Source of the DNA: Rhodothermales bacterium
GTDB taxonomy: Bacteria > Bacteroidota > Rhodothermia > Rhodothermales > Bin80
DNA length: 64,000 nt
Reading direction: 5' to 3'
Assembly (NCBI GenBank): GCA_965262785.1
Contig: OZ253559.1
Location: 3,378,457 to 3,442,456, forward strand
Every line of letters starts with the position of its first letter. The stretch's first letter is position 1. The translations under genes and the position numbers were made by a program. The notes beneath the pieces were generated by a model that had not been told where the DNA came from, made no database searches, and saw only the letters and a program-made list of their open reading frames with translations. Of this stretch, positions 27,842-37,957 are shown piece after piece.

Positions 27842-28564
27842 ATGCCTGCTACACCCGTTCTGGTTTCCTGGTCGTCGGGCAAGGACTCCGCATGGGCTCT
27901 CCATACGCTTCGGCAGCAGTCGGACCTTTACGATGTGCGCGGAATCTTCACCACCGTCACACCCCACTTCGACCGCGTTGCCATCCACGGAACGCCGCGC
28001 CGCGTCCTGCACATGCAGGCTGCCAGGCTAAACTTGCCCCTCTACGAAATACCGATCCCCTATCCGTGCTCCAATGCTGACTACGAGGCTGCCATGCAGT
28101 CTTTTCTGAACAGGGTCAGCAGCCTTGATAGCGACCTTCGCGCCAGCACGCTCGCCTTTGGCGACCTGTTCCTGGAAGATATCCGTGCCTACCGCCAGAG
28201 AACCTTGGACGGCACAGGCTTCTCGGCCATCCTTCCTATCTGGGGCATGCCGACGCGCGCCCTCGCGCAAACCATGATTGCGTCAGGGATCAGGGCCATC
28301 GTTACCAGCGTCAGCCCCACCAGCAGCTTGGACCGCGCCCACGCAGGCCGCTGGTTCGGCCAGTCCTTCCTGGACGACTTGCCAGCTGGCACCGATCCCC
28401 TCGGCGAAAACGGCGAATTCCACACCTGCGTCGTAGCCGGACCAATGCTAAGCAGCTCCATAGCTGCACGCCCGGGCGTCATAACGGGGCGCCCCGTGGC
28501 GCGTAACCACGACGGAACAGGGGGATCAGTTACTGCATGGTACGCTGATGTTGAACTGCTCTGA
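27842..28564 (+). CDS. PP-loop ATP pyrophosphatase (MJ0570/Dph6-related adenine nucleotide alpha-hydrolase)
   Basis: The ORF starts at 27716, but ATG 27842 gives MPATPVLVSWSSGKDSAWALH (SGGKDS-type PP-loop). ..AFGDLFLEDIRAYR.. and ..GENGEFHTCV.. are typical of this family. Confidence 0.8.
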   Translation: MPATPVLVSWSSGKDSAWALHTLRQQSDLYDVRGIFTTVTPHFDRVAIHGTPRRVLHMQAARLNLPLYEIPIPYPCSNADYEAAMQSFLNRVSSLDSDLRASTLAFGDLFLEDIRAYRQRTLDGTGFSAILPIWGMPTRALAQTMIASGIRAIVTSVSPTSSLDRAHAGRWFGQSFLDDLPAGTDPLGENGEFHTCVVAGPMLSSSIAARPGVITGRPVARNHDGTGGSVTAWYADVELL

Positions 28565-28761
28565 CCGCCGGCACGCACAGCCTGTGCCGTTTGACGCTGG
28601 CACAGCGCTTTCGTAATTTTCGCGGTTGTCTCGGGTTAACTGTGTGAATATCGACGGCCGCTGAGCTGTGCTCGTGTTGCTCCCTTCTTGGATTTTCACC
28701 ACTAGATCCAGCACACACCTGGCCACGCTTCTCATGGGTTGGGCTTCGCGCTCCTCCAGGA

Positions 28762-31700
28762 GTGAACAGGCGCTCCCGGTGTTGCGACACGCCGCGTGGG
28801 CCGCCTTGTTTTTTGTGGTCCTGCTCGCTGCTGGCTGCTGGCTGCGGAACGGGAAACCCTGCACTACCGGAAGTCGTCGACTACAACTTCCATGTTAAAC
28901 CTATCCTCTCGGACCGGTGCTACAAGTGCCACGGGCCCGACGACAACGTGCGCAAGGCGGAGCTAAGACTGCACACGCTGGAGGGTTTGTACGCGACAAG
29001 TCGTGATGACTCCTTGCGGCGCATCATCGTGCCGGGCAGCCCCGAGCGTAGCAAGCTTGTTGAACACATTACGGCGACGGACCCCAAAAAGGTTATGCCG
29101 CCGCCAGAAAGCAACCTCTCGCTGTCGCCACGAGAAATCAACCTGCTCCGCCGCTGGATTGAACAGGGTGCCGCCTGGAAACCTCACTGGTCGTTCGTGG
29201 CCCCCGTCGCGCCCGAGCGTCCCACCGTCCGTGATGAGGGCTGGGTCCAAACTGACATCGACGCCTTTGTTTTGCGGAAGCTCGAACGCGAGGGACTGAA
29301 GCCCTCTCCTGAGGCAGACAAGACCAAGCTGCTACGACGCGTCACCTTCGACCTGACGGGAATACCGCCGTCTATCGAAGAACTTGATGCGTTTCTTTCT
29401 GATGGGCGCGAAAAGGCCTATGAGCACGCCGTTCAAGGGCTGCTCTCGCGTCCCGCTTTCGGCGAGCGGATGGCTTCAATGTGGCTTGATTTGTCGAGGT
29501 ATGCAGATTCGCATGGCTATCAGGACGATCGCCCGCGCACCATGTGGCCGTGGCGTGACTGGGTGATCGGCGCCTTCAATGCCAACATGCCCTACGACCA
29601 GTTCGTGACATGGCAACTGGCAGGTGACCTGCTGCCAGAGGCCACCTATGCCCAGCGCCTCGCGACCGGCTTTAACCGCAACCATGCCATAACGCAGGAA
29701 GGCGGTGTCGTTCCAGCCGAGTACATCACCGAGTATGTCGCGGACCGCACGAATACCGTGGCAACGGCTTTCCTTGGCCTCACTATGGAGTGCGCCCGGT
29801 GCCACGACCACAAGTTTGATCCAATCCTGCAGCGCGAATACTATCAGATGTTCGCGTTCTTCAACGCCGTTGACGAGCAGGCTCCCATCAGCTACTTCGA
29901 CCTGTCGCCGCGGCCGTCCATGCGAATGGAAGACCGCGAGCTTGAAGCACAGATCGAAGCTACGGCGCATGCCATCGACGATGCAGAGCAGATGCTCGCC
30001 GCCTACGTGTCCGGCCCCGACTTCGTTGCCTGGCAGCAAGGTCAGAACATCAATTTGTCTGCAGACCTGGAACGTGACCTACTGGCCTACTTCCCGCTGG
30101 ACGGGCTGAGCAACCTGGTGACGACCAACAAGGTCGGCAGGGCTGCGGCGGCCAACACAGGCCTCGTAAATGAGTTGGAGCCGCCTGTCTTGGTACCGGG
30201 CCAGCATGGCCAGGGCTTGGCATTTGATGGATCGAACTTCCTGAATCTGGGCGCCGAGCCTGACTTTGAGTGGAACGACCGCTTCTCCTTTGCCGTGTGG
30301 GTACACCCTGAGCCCCAAGAAAAGGACGCAGCCATATTCGGCAAACGACTCGACGAGCAAAAGGGTAACGGGTATGATGTTTTTCGTACCCGCGAAGGCA
30401 ACCTCGGCGTTCGGCTGGTCCACGGCGTCAGGCGCAGCATTCATGTCACCTCAGCTCCTCGGCTCCCTGTCGGTACATGGTCTCACGTCTCTGCTACGTA
30501 CGACGGTTCCGGTCGCGCTGATGGCCTGACACTCTATATCGATGGCACTGCTGTCCGAACAACCACCGTTAGGGACTCACTTGTCCGCCAGAGCATCCTG
30601 AATGGCAACGACCTCCTCGCCGGCCACTGGTCACACCGCAAAAGGGTACGCGGAGACATTGAAGGCATGGTCGGTGGTGCCCTTGATGATATCCGCATCT
30701 ACGCCCGGGAACTCTCCGGCCTGGAAGTCGCACACCTTGCAGGTAAGGAACCTGCACGTGGCGCCCTTGAGCACCATTACCTGACGCACTACGACCCCGT
30801 ACGTGCTGCGCACGTCATGAACGTGGACAGCTTGAGGCGCAGCGTGAGAGAGATACCCTCCGTCATGGTGATGGCAGACATGGACGTGCCGCGGCCCACG
30901 TTCGTACTCGCCCGAGGTGCCTACGATGCCCCCTTGGACTCTGTCGGGCCGGGCACGCCTGAGGCAATTCTACCCATGCCGGAAGAATATCCGCGCAACA
31001 GGCTGGGCCTGGCACAGTGGTTGATGGACCCACGCAATCCCCTGACCGCACGCGTGGCAGTAAACAGGTTTTGGCAGATAATCTTTGGTGAGGGGCTGGT
31101 GCACACGCCGGAAGACTTCGGAAGCCAGGGCGCCTTGCCTACCAATCCGGAGCTCCTGGATCACCTTGCGAACGCATTCGTCGGCTCGGGATGGGACATC
31201 AAGGCACTGCTGTTTGACATCGTCACTTCGGCCACATATCGCCAGTCCAATGCGCTGTCACCAGGGCTGGCGGGGCAGGACCCCAACAACATATACCTAG
31301 CCCGCGGCCCCAAGGTTAGGCTCTCCGCCGAGATGATGCGCGATAACGCGCTCTTTGCCAGCGGACTCTTGCACCAGGAGTTTGGCGGTGAGCCGGTGCG
31401 ACCGTACCAGCCCGCCGGACTGTGGAAGGCGCTCGCCAACCAGATCGGCGAAAACCGCTACCGCCCCGGCCGTGGCCACGACCTCTACCGCCGCAGCCTC
31501 TATACTTACTGGAAACGCACCATTCCGCCGCCCTCCATGCTCACCTTTGATGCGCCAGAGCGCACCATATGCACGGTGGAGCGGCAAGCGACAGCTACGC
31601 CCTTGCAGTCGCTGGTACTGCTGAACGACCCGCAGTATGTGGAAGCGGCCCGGGTCCTGGCGGAGCGACTCCTGGAGGACACAGTGCTGGATGATCATGC

Positions 31701-31941
31701 GCGCATCACGCGGGCATTCCGGCTCTTTACGTCTCGCCACCCAACAGACGAGGAACATGCCAGCCTAGTAGCGCTACTTGCTGCGCAGCGAGAAGCATTT
31801 GGCACGGCGCCGGACCGCGCTGCAAGCCTGGTGCGCGTAGGCAACCGGCGCCCAAAGGCGAAGGCCGAAAATGCCACGCTGGCTGCATGGACTGTGGTAG
31901 TCAGTACAATCATGAACCTGGATGAGGCCCAATACCGATGA
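28762..31941 (+). CDS. PSCyt1 (CxxCH) + DUF1549/PSCyt2 + LamG-like insert + DUF1553/PSD1 protein (pair 1)
   Basis: GTG 28762. DYNFHVKPILSDRCYKCHGPD (haem-binding CxxCH). ..RRVTFDLTGIPPSIEELDAFL..WLDLSRYADSHGY.., CARCHDHKFDP, ..NPLTARVAVNRFWQIIFGEGLV..DFG.QG... Central concanavalin/LamG-like segment (..WSHVSATYDGSGRADGLTLYIDG..). See the heptamer-repeat finding for start/frame uncertainty. Confidence 0.85.
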   Translation: MNRRSRCCDTPRGPPCFLWSCSLLAAGCGTGNPALPEVVDYNFHVKPILSDRCYKCHGPDDNVRKAELRLHTLEGLYATSRDDSLRRIIVPGSPERSKLVEHITATDPKKVMPPPESNLSLSPREINLLRRWIEQGAAWKPHWSFVAPVAPERPTVRDEGWVQTDIDAFVLRKLEREGLKPSPEADKTKLLRRVTFDLTGIPPSIEELDAFLSDGREKAYEHAVQGLLSRPAFGERMASMWLDLSRYADSHGYQDDRPRTMWPWRDWVIGAFNANMPYDQFVTWQLAGDLLPEATYAQRLATGFNRNHAITQEGGVVPAEYITEYVADRTNTVATAFLGLTMECARCHDHKFDPILQREYYQMFAFFNAVDEQAPISYFDLSPRPSMRMEDRELEAQIEATAHAIDDAEQMLAAYVSGPDFVAWQQGQNINLSADLERDLLAYFPLDGLSNLVTTNKVGRAAAANTGLVNELEPPVLVPGQHGQGLAFDGSNFLNLGAEPDFEWNDRFSFAVWVHPEPQEKDAAIFGKRLDEQKGNGYDVFRTREGNLGVRLVHGVRRSIHVTSAPRLPVGTWSHVSATYDGSGRADGLTLYIDGTAVRTTTVRDSLVRQSILNGNDLLAGHWSHRKRVRGDIEGMVGGALDDIRIYARELSGLEVAHLAGKEPARGALEHHYLTHYDPVRAAHVMNVDSLRRSVREIPSVMVMADMDVPRPTFVLARGAYDAPLDSVGPGTPEAILPMPEEYPRNRLGLAQWLMDPRNPLTARVAVNRFWQIIFGEGLVHTPEDFGSQGALPTNPELLDHLANAFVGSGWDIKALLFDIVTSATYRQSNALSPGLAGQDPNNIYLARGPKVRLSAEMMRDNALFASGLLHQEFGGEPVRPYQPAGLWKALANQIGENRYRPGRGHDLYRRSLYTYWKRTIPPPSMLTFDAPERTICTVERQATATPLQSLVLLNDPQYVEAARVLAERLLEDTVLDDHARITRAFRLFTSRHPTDEEHASLVALLAAQREAFGTAPDRAASLVRVGNRRPKAKAENATLAAWTVVVSTIMNLDEAQYR
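28827..28847 (+). repeat. tandem heptanucleotide repeat (GCTGCTG x2 + GCTGCGG)
   Basis: 28827..28833 GCTGCTG, 28834..28840 GCTGCTG, 28841..28847 GCTGCGG. It lies in the lipobox-coding part of the signal peptide of the 28762 gene. Confidence 0.9.
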
Positions 31942-33401
31942 AGGAGCTGACGGACCCCTGGTACGAGTGCGGTTGTCAGATGAACCGCCGCCATTTCTTT
32001 TCACGCCTCAGCATGGGGATTGGAGGCGCAGCGCTGGCCACGCTGATGGGGTGCGCTACGCGCCCTGACGCCGCGCGCAGCGCCCTAGGGGGCATCCTGG
32101 ATCGGCCGCACATCGCACCCCGGGCGCGTCGCGTAATCTACCTCTTCCAAAGCGGCGGGCCATCGCAGCTGGAGCTGTTTGACTACAAGCCGACACTGGC
32201 GGGACGACGAGGAGAGGACCTGCCAACCTCGGTCCGGATGGGGCAGCGCCTGACCGGCATGACGGCCTACCAGAAGACGCTGCCGCTGGCTCCCACCATC
32301 TACCCATTTCAACAGCACGGACAAAGCCGCGCATGGCTCAGTGACCTGCTTCCACATACCGCGAAGATTGCAGACGAGCTCTGCATCATCCGCTCGATGT
32401 ATACGGAGGCCATCAACCACGACCCGGCGATCACGTTTTTCCAGACGGGGTCTCAGCAACCCGGCCGGCCCAGCATGGGCGCCTGGCTCAGCTACGGGCT
32501 CGGAAGCACCAACGAAAACCTGCCCTCCTTCTGTGTACTCCTCTCGCGCGGCCTGCAGCGCCCGCAGCCGATTTACTCTCGCCTGTGGGGCAACGGCTTT
32601 CTGGCCGCACTGCACCAGGGCGTGCAGTTCCGGCCGGGCGGGGATCCGGTCCTATACCTGAACAACCCGCCGGGCCTGGACGCCACAGACCGGCGTCGTA
32701 TGCTGCGCCACCTCACCGAGCTGAACAACCTGCAAACCGCAGCTGCCGGAGCATCGCATATCGAGTCGCGTGTTGCCCAGTATGAGATGGCGTACCGGAT
32801 GCAGACATCTGTGCCTTCGGTGACCGATCTCTCGGACGAACCCGAATCCACCTTTGAGCTCTATGGCGAGGCCGCCCGAACCCCTGGGACCTATGCCGCA
32901 AACTGCTTGCTGGCCCGACGTCTGGCAGAGCGCGATGTGCGCTTCGTTCAGCTGTACCACATGGGATGGGACCAGCATGGCAACTTGCCAAACGACATCG
33001 CGCTGCAATGCAAAGACACCGACCGCGCCTCGGCGGCCCTGGTGACCGACCTCAAGAGGCGCGGCCTGCTGGATGACACCCTGGTGATCTGGGGTGGCGA
33101 ATTTGGACGCACAAACTACAGTCAGGGCGCCCTTACGGAAACAAACTACGGACGCGACCACCACCCCCGATGCTTTACCGTGTGGATGGCAGGTGGTGGC
33201 ATCAAACGCGGACTTACCTACGGCAAGACCGACGACTTGGGATACAACATCGTGGAGAATCCGGTCCATGTCCATGACTTCCAGGCCACGGTGCTATATC
33301 TGCTGGGCATTGAGCACGAACGCCTGACGTACAAGCACCAGGGCCGCCGATACCGTCTCACGGATGTCCACGGCAACGTAGTCCATGACCTTCTCGCGTA
33401 G
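31938..33401 (+). CDS. DUF1501 (sulfatase/alkaline-phosphatase-fold) Tat-secreted protein (pair 1)
   Basis: ATG 31938 overlaps the upstream TGA (ATGA). An alternative ATG at 31980 gives MNRRHFFSRLSMGIGGAALA (Tat). YLFQSGGPSQLELFDYKP, ..WGGEFGRT.., ..RDHHP.. are DUF1501 hallmarks. Confidence 0.9.
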   Translation: MKELTDPWYECGCQMNRRHFFSRLSMGIGGAALATLMGCATRPDAARSALGGILDRPHIAPRARRVIYLFQSGGPSQLELFDYKPTLAGRRGEDLPTSVRMGQRLTGMTAYQKTLPLAPTIYPFQQHGQSRAWLSDLLPHTAKIADELCIIRSMYTEAINHDPAITFFQTGSQQPGRPSMGAWLSYGLGSTNENLPSFCVLLSRGLQRPQPIYSRLWGNGFLAALHQGVQFRPGGDPVLYLNNPPGLDATDRRRMLRHLTELNNLQTAAAGASHIESRVAQYEMAYRMQTSVPSVTDLSDEPESTFELYGEAARTPGTYAANCLLARRLAERDVRFVQLYHMGWDQHGNLPNDIALQCKDTDRASAALVTDLKRRGLLDDTLVIWGGEFGRTNYSQGALTETNYGRDHHPRCFTVWMAGGGIKRGLTYGKTDDLGYNIVENPVHVHDFQATVLYLLGIEHERLTYKHQGRRYRLTDVHGNVVHDLLA

Positions 33402-33404
33402 GGG

Positions 33405-36400
33405 GTGCTGAAGGCGACCACATATCTGCTGGTGGCAGCCTGTGTCCTGACGCAGGGATGCCGTGGACCCGGGCAGGCAGAGCAGGCTTTGCCCGATGTC
33501 GTAGACTACAACTTTCACGTCAAGCCCATCTTGTCGGATCGGTGTTACGCGTGCCATGGCCCCGACGAAAACGCTCGCAAGGCCAGCCTGGAGCTCCACC
33601 AGGAGTCCGGCACCAAAGAAGAGGTACTGGAGTCCGGCGGCCACGCCATCGTGGAGGGCAGCCTCCGCAAGAGCAAGCTCTACCGCCGCGTCTCGGCCGA
33701 TAATCCGGATGAGCGCATGCCACCGGCGGAATCAAACCTTTCGCTTACGCCCCATGAGGTAGCCCTGCTCGGCCGCTGGATTGAGCAAGGTGCCCAGTGG
33801 AAGCCGCACTGGGCATTCATCACTCCAGAAGAGCCGCCGCTGCCCACAGTGGACAATGATGCGTGGCCGAAGAACGGAATTGATCACTTTGTTATGGCTC
33901 GTCTGGATCACGAAGGCCTCACGCCAAGCCCACAGGCTGGCAAAGAAACCCTGATCCGACGCGTGACCTTGGACCTGACGGGACTGCCGCCTACGCTCGA
34001 GGAAATTGATGCCTTTCTGGCAGATACCGGCCCAGGCGCTTATGAGCGCGTGATAGACCGCCTCCTCGCGTCTGAAGCCTATGGCGAACATATGGCCGCG
34101 GAGTGGTTGGATATCGCCCGGTACGCCGACACGCACGGCTACCAAAACGACCGTGAGCGGCACATGTGGCCATGGCGCGACTGGGTGATCGATGCGCTGA
34201 ACACCAACATGCCGTTTGACGAGTTTAGCACCTGGCAGCTGGCAGGGGATCTCTTGCCGAATGCTACGCGTGATCAGCAGCTGGCAACCGCCTTCAACCG
34301 CAACCACCGGCAGACAAATGAGGGCGGCAGCATTGAAGAAGAGTTCCGCACCGAATACGTAGCGGACCGAACCAACACCGTTGGCACCGCCTTCCTGGGA
34401 CTTACCATGGAGTGCGCCCGCTGCCACGACCACAAGTACGATCCTATATCGCAAAGGGACTATTACAGCTTGTTCAGCTTCTTCAACAACGTTGACGAGT
34501 CCGGGCAGACTTCGCACTTCACGCAAGCCGTGCCGGTTCCTGCGCTCCTGTTGCCGGATGATGAAACCGATGCGCAGATCAGCGCCCTGGCGACTGAGGT
34601 TGCCGCACATGAGACCTTGGTCCGCGGTGCGGCTCAAGCTTTTCAGCCTGCCTTTGAGGAATGGCTATCACGCGGCGCACCGCTGGATCCCGTACCGGCA
34701 GCCACCCTTGCCTACGACTTTGATGAACTCCGTGACCAGACGACCCCGGCGCTCCACGGACCGGCAGGCAAAACGGTCTTTGAGCCTACCGTCGTGGAAG
34801 GGCGCTTCGGGCAGGCGCTGTCCTTCGATGGGGAAAGCGGCATCAACCTTGAAGGCGTCGGCCTCTTTGCCCGCAACGATCCCTTCACTCTGAGCTTCTG
34901 GATCAAGGCTGCCGAAGAGAATGCCACATGTGTCCTGGTGCACCGCACGCAAGCCGCCCTTGATGCCGGTAGCCGAGGCTATGAGCTGACTCTACTGGAG
35001 GGCCGGCTGGTCGCGCAACTCGCTCACATGTGGCCTGAAAATGCCATTCGCATCGTAGCAGACGACCCCGTACCAGCCATGGAGTGGGTGCATGTTGCGA
35101 TGACCTACGATGGCTCCAGTAAAGCGGGCGGCCTGCGCCTCTATATGGACGGGGAGCGCATAGGTTCAGCCGTGGTGCGTGACAACCTGTACGCGCCTAT
35201 CCTGTACGAAAACCTGCCGGTCCCCGTGACGGTGGCGTACCGGTTTCGGGACACAGGCTTCAAAGATGGCGCCATCGACGCGTTGCGCATATTCGACAGT
35301 GAGCTCACCGCCCCGGACATCAGTCGCTTGGCCGGTGAAGTTGCTGCTGCTGACGAGGAATCCCTGCGGGAGTACTTTCTGGCGCGCCATGCCCCTGAAT
35401 ATCAACGCGCACAGCAGGCGCTGAAGTCCGCTCGATCGCAGCTCAACAAAGCAATGGCGGACGCACCCCAAATCATGGTTATGCGTGAGATGGGCATGGA
35501 TCGCCGCGCGCATGTCCTCAGGCGTGGACAGTATGATGCAAAAGGTGAAGCAGTCCAGCCCGGTCCCCCAGAGGCCATCCTTCCCTGGCAAGATGGTTTG
35601 CCCAGGAACCGCTATGGGCTGGCGCAGTGGCTTTTCAGCCTACAAAATCCGCTCACAGCGCGCGTAGCGGTCAACCGATTTTGGCAGCGGTATTTTGGCA
35701 GGGGCCTCGTGGCAACGCCGGAAGATTTTGGCAATCAGGGCGCCCTCCCATCACATCCCCTGCTGCTTGACTATTTGGCCACCACGTTCATGCAGAGCGG
35801 GTGGGACATGAAGGACCTTCACCGGCACATCGTGACTTCCAGCACCTACCGGCAGGACTCCGGAGCCAGTCGTGCGGTCTTGGAGCGCGACCCAACAAAC
35901 ACGCTGCTTGCGCGAGGGCCACGGCTACGCCTGTCGGCCGAGATGATTCGTGACCATGCGCTGGCCGCTGGCGGGCTACTGGACCGCACCGTGGGCGGCC
36001 CGAGCGTGAAGCCCTACCAGCCAGAGGGACTCTGGGAGGAAAAGTCGGGTCTTCGCTATCAGACCGGAACCGGCAGCGACCTGTACCGCCGGAGCCTCTA
36101 TACCTTCTTCAAGCGCACCTCGCCGCCCCCTTCGCTGATCACGTTTGATATGCCTACGCGGGCCCAGTGTGTTATGCGGCGCCAGCGTACTACCACCCCC
36201 ATGCAGGCACTGGTGCTGCTTAACGACCCCCAATACATAGAGGCCGCGCGCCACATCGCACAGCGTGCCTTGGCCGCACCTTCGCTGCAGGATCAGATCA
36301 CACGTGCCTTCCGCCTGGTGATGAGCCGGCAGCCTGATTCGCAGGAATTGCAAGTGCTCAAGACACTCTACGAGGAACAGCACGCGCATTTTGCAGCCAA

Positions 36401-36536
36401 CGGGACTGCCGCGCAGCAGCTCTTGGCGACGGGCGATTCCGATTGGGACCCGCGCCTGGAGCACACGAGCCTGGCCGCCTTCACAATGCTTTCCAGCGCA
36501 CTCCTATCTTACGACGAAGCAGTAATCAAGTACTGA
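33405..36536 (+). CDS. PSCyt1 + DUF1549 + LamG-like + DUF1553 protein (pair 2)
   Basis: GTG 33405. Lipoprotein signal MLKATTYLLVAACVLTQGC. DYNFHVKPILSDRCYACHGPD, CARCHDHKYDP, NPLTARVAVNRFWQRYFGRGLV. Paralog of 28762..31941. Confidence 0.9.
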   Translation: MLKATTYLLVAACVLTQGCRGPGQAEQALPDVVDYNFHVKPILSDRCYACHGPDENARKASLELHQESGTKEEVLESGGHAIVEGSLRKSKLYRRVSADNPDERMPPAESNLSLTPHEVALLGRWIEQGAQWKPHWAFITPEEPPLPTVDNDAWPKNGIDHFVMARLDHEGLTPSPQAGKETLIRRVTLDLTGLPPTLEEIDAFLADTGPGAYERVIDRLLASEAYGEHMAAEWLDIARYADTHGYQNDRERHMWPWRDWVIDALNTNMPFDEFSTWQLAGDLLPNATRDQQLATAFNRNHRQTNEGGSIEEEFRTEYVADRTNTVGTAFLGLTMECARCHDHKYDPISQRDYYSLFSFFNNVDESGQTSHFTQAVPVPALLLPDDETDAQISALATEVAAHETLVRGAAQAFQPAFEEWLSRGAPLDPVPAATLAYDFDELRDQTTPALHGPAGKTVFEPTVVEGRFGQALSFDGESGINLEGVGLFARNDPFTLSFWIKAAEENATCVLVHRTQAALDAGSRGYELTLLEGRLVAQLAHMWPENAIRIVADDPVPAMEWVHVAMTYDGSSKAGGLRLYMDGERIGSAVVRDNLYAPILYENLPVPVTVAYRFRDTGFKDGAIDALRIFDSELTAPDISRLAGEVAAADEESLREYFLARHAPEYQRAQQALKSARSQLNKAMADAPQIMVMREMGMDRRAHVLRRGQYDAKGEAVQPGPPEAILPWQDGLPRNRYGLAQWLFSLQNPLTARVAVNRFWQRYFGRGLVATPEDFGNQGALPSHPLLLDYLATTFMQSGWDMKDLHRHIVTSSTYRQDSGASRAVLERDPTNTLLARGPRLRLSAEMIRDHALAAGGLLDRTVGGPSVKPYQPEGLWEEKSGLRYQTGTGSDLYRRSLYTFFKRTSPPPSLITFDMPTRAQCVMRRQRTTTPMQALVLLNDPQYIEAARHIAQRALAAPSLQDQITRAFRLVMSRQPDSQELQVLKTLYEEQHAHFAANGTAAQQLLATGDSDWDPRLEHTSLAAFTMLSSALLSYDEAVIKY

Positions 36537-37942
36537 TGCACGAGTGTCACAACTATAGGTCAATCACCTCCAGGAGGGAATTTTTGGGGAGGCTGGGGCT
36601 CGGCTTGGGCGGTGTAGCCCTCTCTTCGATGGTTGCGATGGCGCCTGCCCCCGGTCCCGCGTCCCGTGCCAAGCGCATCATCTACCTCTTCCAGAGCGGC
36701 GGTCCCTCGCAGTTTGAGCTGTTTGACTACAAGCCCCTGGTAAACCAGATGCATGGCCAAGAGCTGCCGGACTCCGTGCGCAAGGGCCAAAGGCTGACAG
36801 GGATGACCGGCTTCCAGAATTCGTTACCGCTGGCCAGGTCGCACTTCGAGTTCGCGCAACAGGGCGACAGTGGAGCATGGGTGAGCGAACTCATGCCACA
36901 CACCGCCCGCATCGCAGATGAGCTGTGCTTCATCAAGTCGATGCACACCGAGGCGATCAACCATGACCCCGCGATCACGTTTTTCCTGACAGGATCCCAG
37001 ATCGCCGGGCGCCCGTCTATGGGGTCCTGGCTCAGCTATGGCCTCGGCTCCGAAAATGATAACCTCCCCGCCTTTTGCGTCCTTATCACGAAAGACAAGT
37101 CTGGCCAGCCCCTCTATGCCCGACTGTGGGGCAACGGCTTTCTTCCGTCGCTGCACCAGGGTGTGCAGTTCAGATCTGGCAGAGATCCCGTGCTGTACCT
37201 GAACAACCCCGCCGGGGTATCGGACCAGAGCCGCCGCATGATGCTCAGCAGGCTACGTGAGCTCCATGAGCTTAAAGTGCAGGAGCCTGCCTTTCAGGAA
37301 ATCGAGTCACGCATCGCCCAGTACGAGATGGCATATCGGATGCAGACTTCGGTACCGGAAGTGATGGACCTCGCCAATGAGCCGGACCATATTTTTGACC
37401 TCTACGGGGATGACGCGAGAGAGCCGGGGACCTTTGCCGCGAACTGCCTCTTGGCCCGGCGCCTCGCAGAGCGCGGGGTGCGCTTCATTCAGCTGTTCCA
37501 CCAAGGATGGGATCACCATGGTGGACTGCCGGTGGGCATCCGGCAGCAGTGCAAAGAGACCGACCAACCTTCCGCCGCGCTGGTGCTTGACCTCAAGCAG
37601 CGAGGCATGCTTGAAGACACGCTCGTCGTCTGGGGCGGAGAATTCGGGCGCACCAACTACTGTCAGGGTCGCCTGACATCCGAGGACTACGGGCGCGATC
37701 ATCACCCGCGCAGCTTCACGCTGTGGATGGCCGGCGGCGGCATCAAAGCAGGGCTGAGCTATGGCCAAACTGATGACTTCGGGTACAACATCGTGAGCGA
37801 TCCCGTCCACGTGCATGACCTGCAGGCCACGCTGCTGCATGTCCTGGGCATTAACCACGAAAAGCTCACCTTTAAGCACCAAGGACGCCGATATCGCCTG
37901 ACGGATGTGCACGGCAAACTTGTGAACTCGCTGCTAGCGTAA
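36536..37942 (+). CDS. DUF1501 Tat-secreted protein (pair 2)
   Basis: ATG 36536 shares one nt with the upstream TGA (TGATG). ..SRREFLGRLGLGLGGVAL.. (Tat), YLFQSGGPSQFELFDYKP, WGGEFGRT. The ORF-track extension to 36443 overlaps the upstream gene and is rejected. Confidence 0.9.
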   Translation: MHECHNYRSITSRREFLGRLGLGLGGVALSSMVAMAPAPGPASRAKRIIYLFQSGGPSQFELFDYKPLVNQMHGQELPDSVRKGQRLTGMTGFQNSLPLARSHFEFAQQGDSGAWVSELMPHTARIADELCFIKSMHTEAINHDPAITFFLTGSQIAGRPSMGSWLSYGLGSENDNLPAFCVLITKDKSGQPLYARLWGNGFLPSLHQGVQFRSGRDPVLYLNNPAGVSDQSRRMMLSRLRELHELKVQEPAFQEIESRIAQYEMAYRMQTSVPEVMDLANEPDHIFDLYGDDAREPGTFAANCLLARRLAERGVRFIQLFHQGWDHHGGLPVGIRQQCKETDQPSAALVLDLKQRGMLEDTLVVWGGEFGRTNYCQGRLTSEDYGRDHHPRSFTLWMAGGGIKAGLSYGQTDDFGYNIVSDPVHVHDLQATLLHVLGINHEKLTFKHQGRRYRLTDVHGKLVNSLLA

Positions 37943-37957
37943 CGGTTGGAATTGCGC

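Noticed and set aside
28827-28847. Possible CRISPR or microsatellite array.
   Set aside because: Only three 7-nt units inside a coding region. There are no spacers and no repeats of CRISPR size anywhere in the window.
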